Assembly (NCBI RefSeq): GCF_000315625.1
Contig: NW_005434583.1
Span: 94,032-158,031, forward strand
Reading direction: 5' to 3'
Length of the DNA stretch: 64,000 nucleotides
Source of the DNA: Guillardia theta CCMP2712
Taxonomy: Eukaryota > Protista > Cryptophyta
Position numbers and translations under genes: made by a program. Below the pieces are notes generated by a model. It worked only from the letters and a program-made list of their open reading frames with translations. It was not told where the DNA came from and made no database searches. Numbering within the stretch: the first letter of the stretch is position 1; every line of letters starts with the position of its first letter. Below, one piece after another: positions 63,001 through 64,000 of this stretch.

Positions 63001-64000
63001 TTGATGGATAAATGACTTCTTCAAGATTGACAGAGACGGTTTGGAAAGAGAAACGATCGTCCAAGTAGAGGGCTTTTGGAACAACGTTGTAGAGCAAATA
63101 TGCTTCATGGATGAAAATTGTTGAATTGAGGTCGCGGATGAGAAGTCTTACCACAGCTTGATATGTCCCAATAAGACATTTCAAAGTCAATCCGGAGAAG
63201 GAAACAAAGGTAGTTAAGAAATTCTGCGTCAAATTCCCATGCAAGTGATCGCTGGTCACGTCAGCTCCAGCACGCAGATCTAACAGATGCACTATTGCAA
63301 AAAGTCCGTCTTGTGAATCAATCCCCTCCAAGAGAGTCTGATTTCCAACACGCTGTCTCGTCAAATTTGCCGTCATTAATCCATGCCGGTCCCAGTCCGC
63401 TACTAGCACGCTCGCATGTGCTTGAACCCCAGACGTGGAGAGAGAAAAACCTAAGAAAACACCGAATGGCGTTCCTGCAAATAGAGCTCGAAACCCCTGC
63501 TGCAATGAAGCCTTCACCTGGTACAGAAATCAGCCAGTCTCAAAGAATCATAGAGCTTTACCCGATTTTCACTCCAACTCAAAGTGATGTTCTGCCCCAA
63601 TTGTCTTGACAATTCATCATTCAATGTCATGAGATCATAATGCCCGTCTTTAAGCTTGATCTGATATTCTGTGCCCAAATAGGAATACACAAAAATATTG
63701 TTTCCAAGGTTTTCACTAATCAAAGTTGTGAAGTCTGTAGCTGCCACAGCTAGCGAAAATGTTGGAACAGGAGCATTTGCTTGCAGCACGAAATCTGTGT
63801 TGGAGTCTGGCAGAACAATTTTTTGAGGCATTATTGTGAAATCATTGGAAACGAGTTCGATGGAACCTGAGCCGTCTAAGTTCACAAAGGTCGAAAATTT
63901 CAACCTATACCCCGTTCCTGCTTCAAAGGAATCGAGTTGTAATTGAGTATACCGTACAATGCCATCACCTTCGGTACTTTGTACAACAATTTTTCCAGAG
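48069..64000 (-). CDS. Giant extracellular multidomain protein (>5,200 aa in window, 5' end outside): Ig-like repeats, LamG-like, IPT/TIG array, CUB, Ca-EGF, beta-helix cap
   Basis: ORFs of 3992, 1157 and 129+ aa join in phase through GT-AG introns at 60038-60084 and 63518-63561; the frame is open to the window edge. Motifs: GxGLG..TGRIGGT.SE.TEW.SDT.I.C (IPT), CQWYLIP..FDEFETEATYDRV (CUB), CQDINDC..CVNTEGSFSCVC (EGF). Confidence 0.88.
49849..54515 (-). repeat. Coding tandem array of about 18 IPT/TIG modules, near-identical 267-bp units with an 801-bp higher-order block
   Basis: Identical segments recur at 50271, 51072, 52140 and 53742 (spacings 801, 1068 and 1602 = 3, 4 and 6 x 267). Confidence 0.95.

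Noticed and set aside
60038-63561. Three separate overlapping genes or programmed frameshifts in the giant ORF set
   Set aside because: Canonical 47-nt and 44-nt GT-AG introns join the ORFs in phase.

Overview
Gene-dense eukaryotic nuclear DNA with mostly short (about 37-55 nt) spliceosomal introns, some longer introns filled with (GAG)n/(CCT)n repeats, and three 100-N assembly gaps. The intron style and a bipartite plastid presequence (signal peptide + 'LA-F') suggest an alga with a secondary red plastid, most likely a cryptophyte such as Guillardia (inference). About 20 genes were read by splicing exons manually: a PfkB kinase (3' end), a Mn-CDF transporter, two coiled-coil+PDZ proteins, a Bacteroidota-type CrtI, a pepsin-family protease, an EF-hand/coiled-coil protein, a plastid FNR-like oxidoreductase, divergent intronless purC/purE, an alpha/beta-hydrolase, a TPR-cyclophilin, ISCA1, SCO1, a HIT protein, a PKD2-like channel, a ubiquitin-HMG fusion and a >5,200-aa IPT/TIG-repeat protein running off the right edge. 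Most notable: (1) an apparently circularly permuted pepsin-like protease whose N-lobe DTGSS strand is encoded after the C-lobe; (2) a head-to-head pair of bacterial-type purC and purE; (3) a tail-anchored CrtI with no plastid signal; (4) a ubiquitin-basic linker-HMG box fusion; (5) a TRPP channel carrying CUB and C2 domains near a giant protein whose IPT array is built from near-identical shuffled 267-bp cassettes; (6) a probable GA-AG intron. All gene models and family calls come from manual reading and remembered motifs; no database search was run.
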